DNA from: Lama guanicoe
Lineage: Eukaryota
Direction: 5' to 3'
Assembly (NCBI GenBank): GCA_013239625.1
Contig: MU053561.1
Coordinates: forward strand, 4,341,992 to 4,405,991
Length of the DNA: 64,000 nucleotides
In this document: in pieces, positions 61,580-64,000 of the stretch
Position numbering within the stretch: position 1 is the first letter of the stretch
Layout: the number at the start of each line of letters is the position of its first letter
Notes under the pieces: generated by a model
The model's database searches: none
What the model was told of the DNA's origin: nothing
The model's input: only the letters and a program-made list of their open reading frames with translations
Program-made: the position numbers and the translations under genes

Positions 61580-63920
61580 TTAATTGAGATTTTTATTGAG
61601 ATCATTATAGATTCACTTGCAGTTGTAAGAAATAATACAGAGTATCGAACACATATGCTTAATCTGGTTTCCCCCAACGGTAACATTTTGCAAAATTGTG
61701 GTACATCACAACCAGGATCTTGACATTGATATAAACCACCTTATTCAGAGTTCCCCAATTTTACCTGTACTTATTTATATACGTGGATTAAGTTCTCTAC
61801 GATTGTATCACCTGTAGTAGGTTCATGTAGCCATCACACAGTCAAGATACTGAATAGTTCCAATATCAGAATCCCTCATGCTACCCTGTTTTAACCACAC
61901 CCACCTCCTCATTCCCTCTCCCCGTTCCTAACCTCTGGCAACCACTATTTCGTCTTCCATTTGTAAAATTTTGTCTTTTCAAAATGTTATATAATTGCTC
62001 ATACATTGTATAACCTTTTATCATTGTCTTTTTTCTTCAGCATAATTCCCTAGTGATTGATCCAAGTTGTTGTATACATCAACAGATCACTTATTTTCAT
62101 TGCTGAGTAGTAGTCTATGGGAATAGTTATGGGAGTACCACAGATTAAATATTCACCCGTGGAAGGACTCACGGGTTAATTCTATTTTCTACTATTGCGA
62201 ATAAAGTTGCTATGAGCACTCGTGTACAGATTTATGTGTGAACGTGTTTTCGTTACTCTGGGGTAAGTGCCCAAAAGTATAATTTCTAGTTTTATGATAT
62301 TTGTATATTTTATTTCATAAGAAACTGCCAAACTTTTCCAGAATAACTGTACAACTTTACATTTCTACTCACAATGTATGAGTGATGCAGTTTCTCTGCA
62401 TCTTTGCCAGAATTTGATGTTGTTACTATTTTTAATTTTAGTCTTTCTGATAGATGTGTAGTGATATTTTGTGGTTTTCATTTGCATTTCCCTGGTAGCT
62501 AATCATATTGTACATCTTTTCACATGCTTATTTGCCATCTGTATATCCTCTTTGGAGAAATGTCTGCTCATGTCTTTTCCTCATTTTCTAATTGGATTGT
62601 TTATCTTTTTACTGTTGAGTTTTGAGGGTTGTTTACATATTCTAGATACTACTCTTTTGTTGCATATGTGGTTTGCAAATATTTTTCCTAATCTGTAATG
62701 TGTCTTTGCATACTCTTTATAGGGTCTTTTGCAGAGCAAAAGTTTTTAATTTTGATGAAGTCTAATTTATCAATTTATCCTTTTAAGGATTGTACTTATA
62801 GTGTTAAATCTAAGAACTCTTCACCTAGCTCTAGATCCCAAAGAATTTCTCCTATGTATTTTTCTGAAAGTTCCATATTTTAAGTTTTACATTTAGATCT
62901 AGGATTCACTTTTAGTTAATATGTTTATAAGATATGAAGTTTAAGTAAAGGGTTTTTTGTTTTTTGTTTTTGTCTATGGATGTTCAGTTGCTCCAGTAAT
63001 ATTTGTTGAAAAAGTGATCCTTCCTCTGTTGAATATCTTTTGCACTTTGTCAAAATTCAGTTGGGCATAGCTGGGTGAGTCTGTTTCTGGGTTCTCTATT
63101 CTGTCTGTTGATTTATGCGTCTTACCTCTCCACCACTACTGTACCATGCTGTTTTGGTTGCTATCGAGAAAGGCTTAATGTTGAGTGGAGGGATTCTTCC
63201 CACTTTATCCTTCTTTGTCAAGATTGTTTTAGTTATTCTGGAACCTATGCTTTTTCATTTAAATTTTAAAATACGTTTGTCTATTTCTACCAAAAAAATT
63301 GCTGGGATTTTTATAAAAATTGTATTAAATCTATTGATCAGTTTGAGAAGAACTGACACTTGTACTACATTGAGTTTTCAAATCCATGGTGTATCTCTCC
63401 ATTTATTTAGGTGGTCTTTGAGTTCTTTCATCATAAATTTCAGCATACAAATCCTGTACATCTTTTGTTAAGTAAATAAACTGAGTACTTCATTTTCTCT
63501 GGAGTGATTGTAATGGCACTGTTTTTAATTTTAGTTACTTCATATTCATTGTTGGTATATAGAAATGTGACTGCATGTTTCTGTTCATCTTGTATCTTGA
63601 AACCTTGCTGAACTTACTTATTAGTTCTAAAGTGATTTTTCTATTCCTTGAAATTCTCTATGTAGACAGTCATCATCTGCAAGTATAAATAGTTTTATTT
63701 ATTCCTTTCTCACCTGTATGCCTTTATTTCTTTTTCTTGACTTTTTACAATGGCTAGAACTTCAAGTACTATGTTCAGTAAGAATGGTGAGAGCAGACAT
63801 CCTTACCTTTCTCCTAATCTTAGGGAGAAAGCATTTAGTTTTTCACTATTAAGTGTGATGTTAGCTAAGATTTTTATAGCTGTCCTTTACCAAGTTGAGG
63901 TAATTCTCCTCTATTCCTAA
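61580..63920 (-). mobile_element. Old L1M 3'UTR and ORF2 (reverse orientation)
   Basis: gtggttttcatttgcatttccctg, gagcaaaagtttttaattttgatgaagtc, gtcatcatctgcaa (reverse FADD), gagcagacatcctt. Confidence 0.88.
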
Positions 63921-64000
63921 GTAAACTACTATATGAGTGAATTTTATTTTCATATAATTCTGATGCTATATGGGGAGAAGAGAAAGATAAGAAGTGAGGT

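Noticed and set aside
2486..63471. Most short ORFs in the six-frame track
   Set aside because: They are pieces of decayed L1 or Tigger elements, antisense shadows of real exons (e.g. 38210-38464, 46519-46707), or chance ORFs in AT-rich DNA. None has independent gene support.

Overview
Mammalian, AT-rich, repeat-dense genomic DNA, most likely from a camelid: three tRNA-derived Vic-1-type SINEs are present and no BovB, Bov-tA, PRE-1 or Alu was recognised. Two genes lie head-to-tail on the minus strand. (1) NR1H5 (FXR-beta): 10 coding exons from the ATG at 52451 to the TGA at 43673. By manual splicing these give an uninterrupted 1527-nt CDS (508 aa), so the gene appears intact here, whereas it is a pseudogene in humans. 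(2) The 5' part of SYCP1: a CpG-island promoter near 41.3-41.9 kb, a non-coding exon 1, and 14 coding exons (41135 to 1427, 1261 nt, all GT-AG and phase-consistent); the gene continues past the left edge of the window. Most of the rest is transposon-derived: L1 of several ages, L2, CR1/L3, MIR, an MER21-like LTR, MER5A and a full-length Tigger1. The most unusual observation is a 5'-truncated L1 copy (15910-16538) with a dense, one-directional cluster of about 30 A-to-G changes relative to a sister copy 2 kb away. This looks like ADAR-hyperedited RNA fixed in the genome by retrotransposition. All family and orthology assignments come from recalled sequence, not from database searches.
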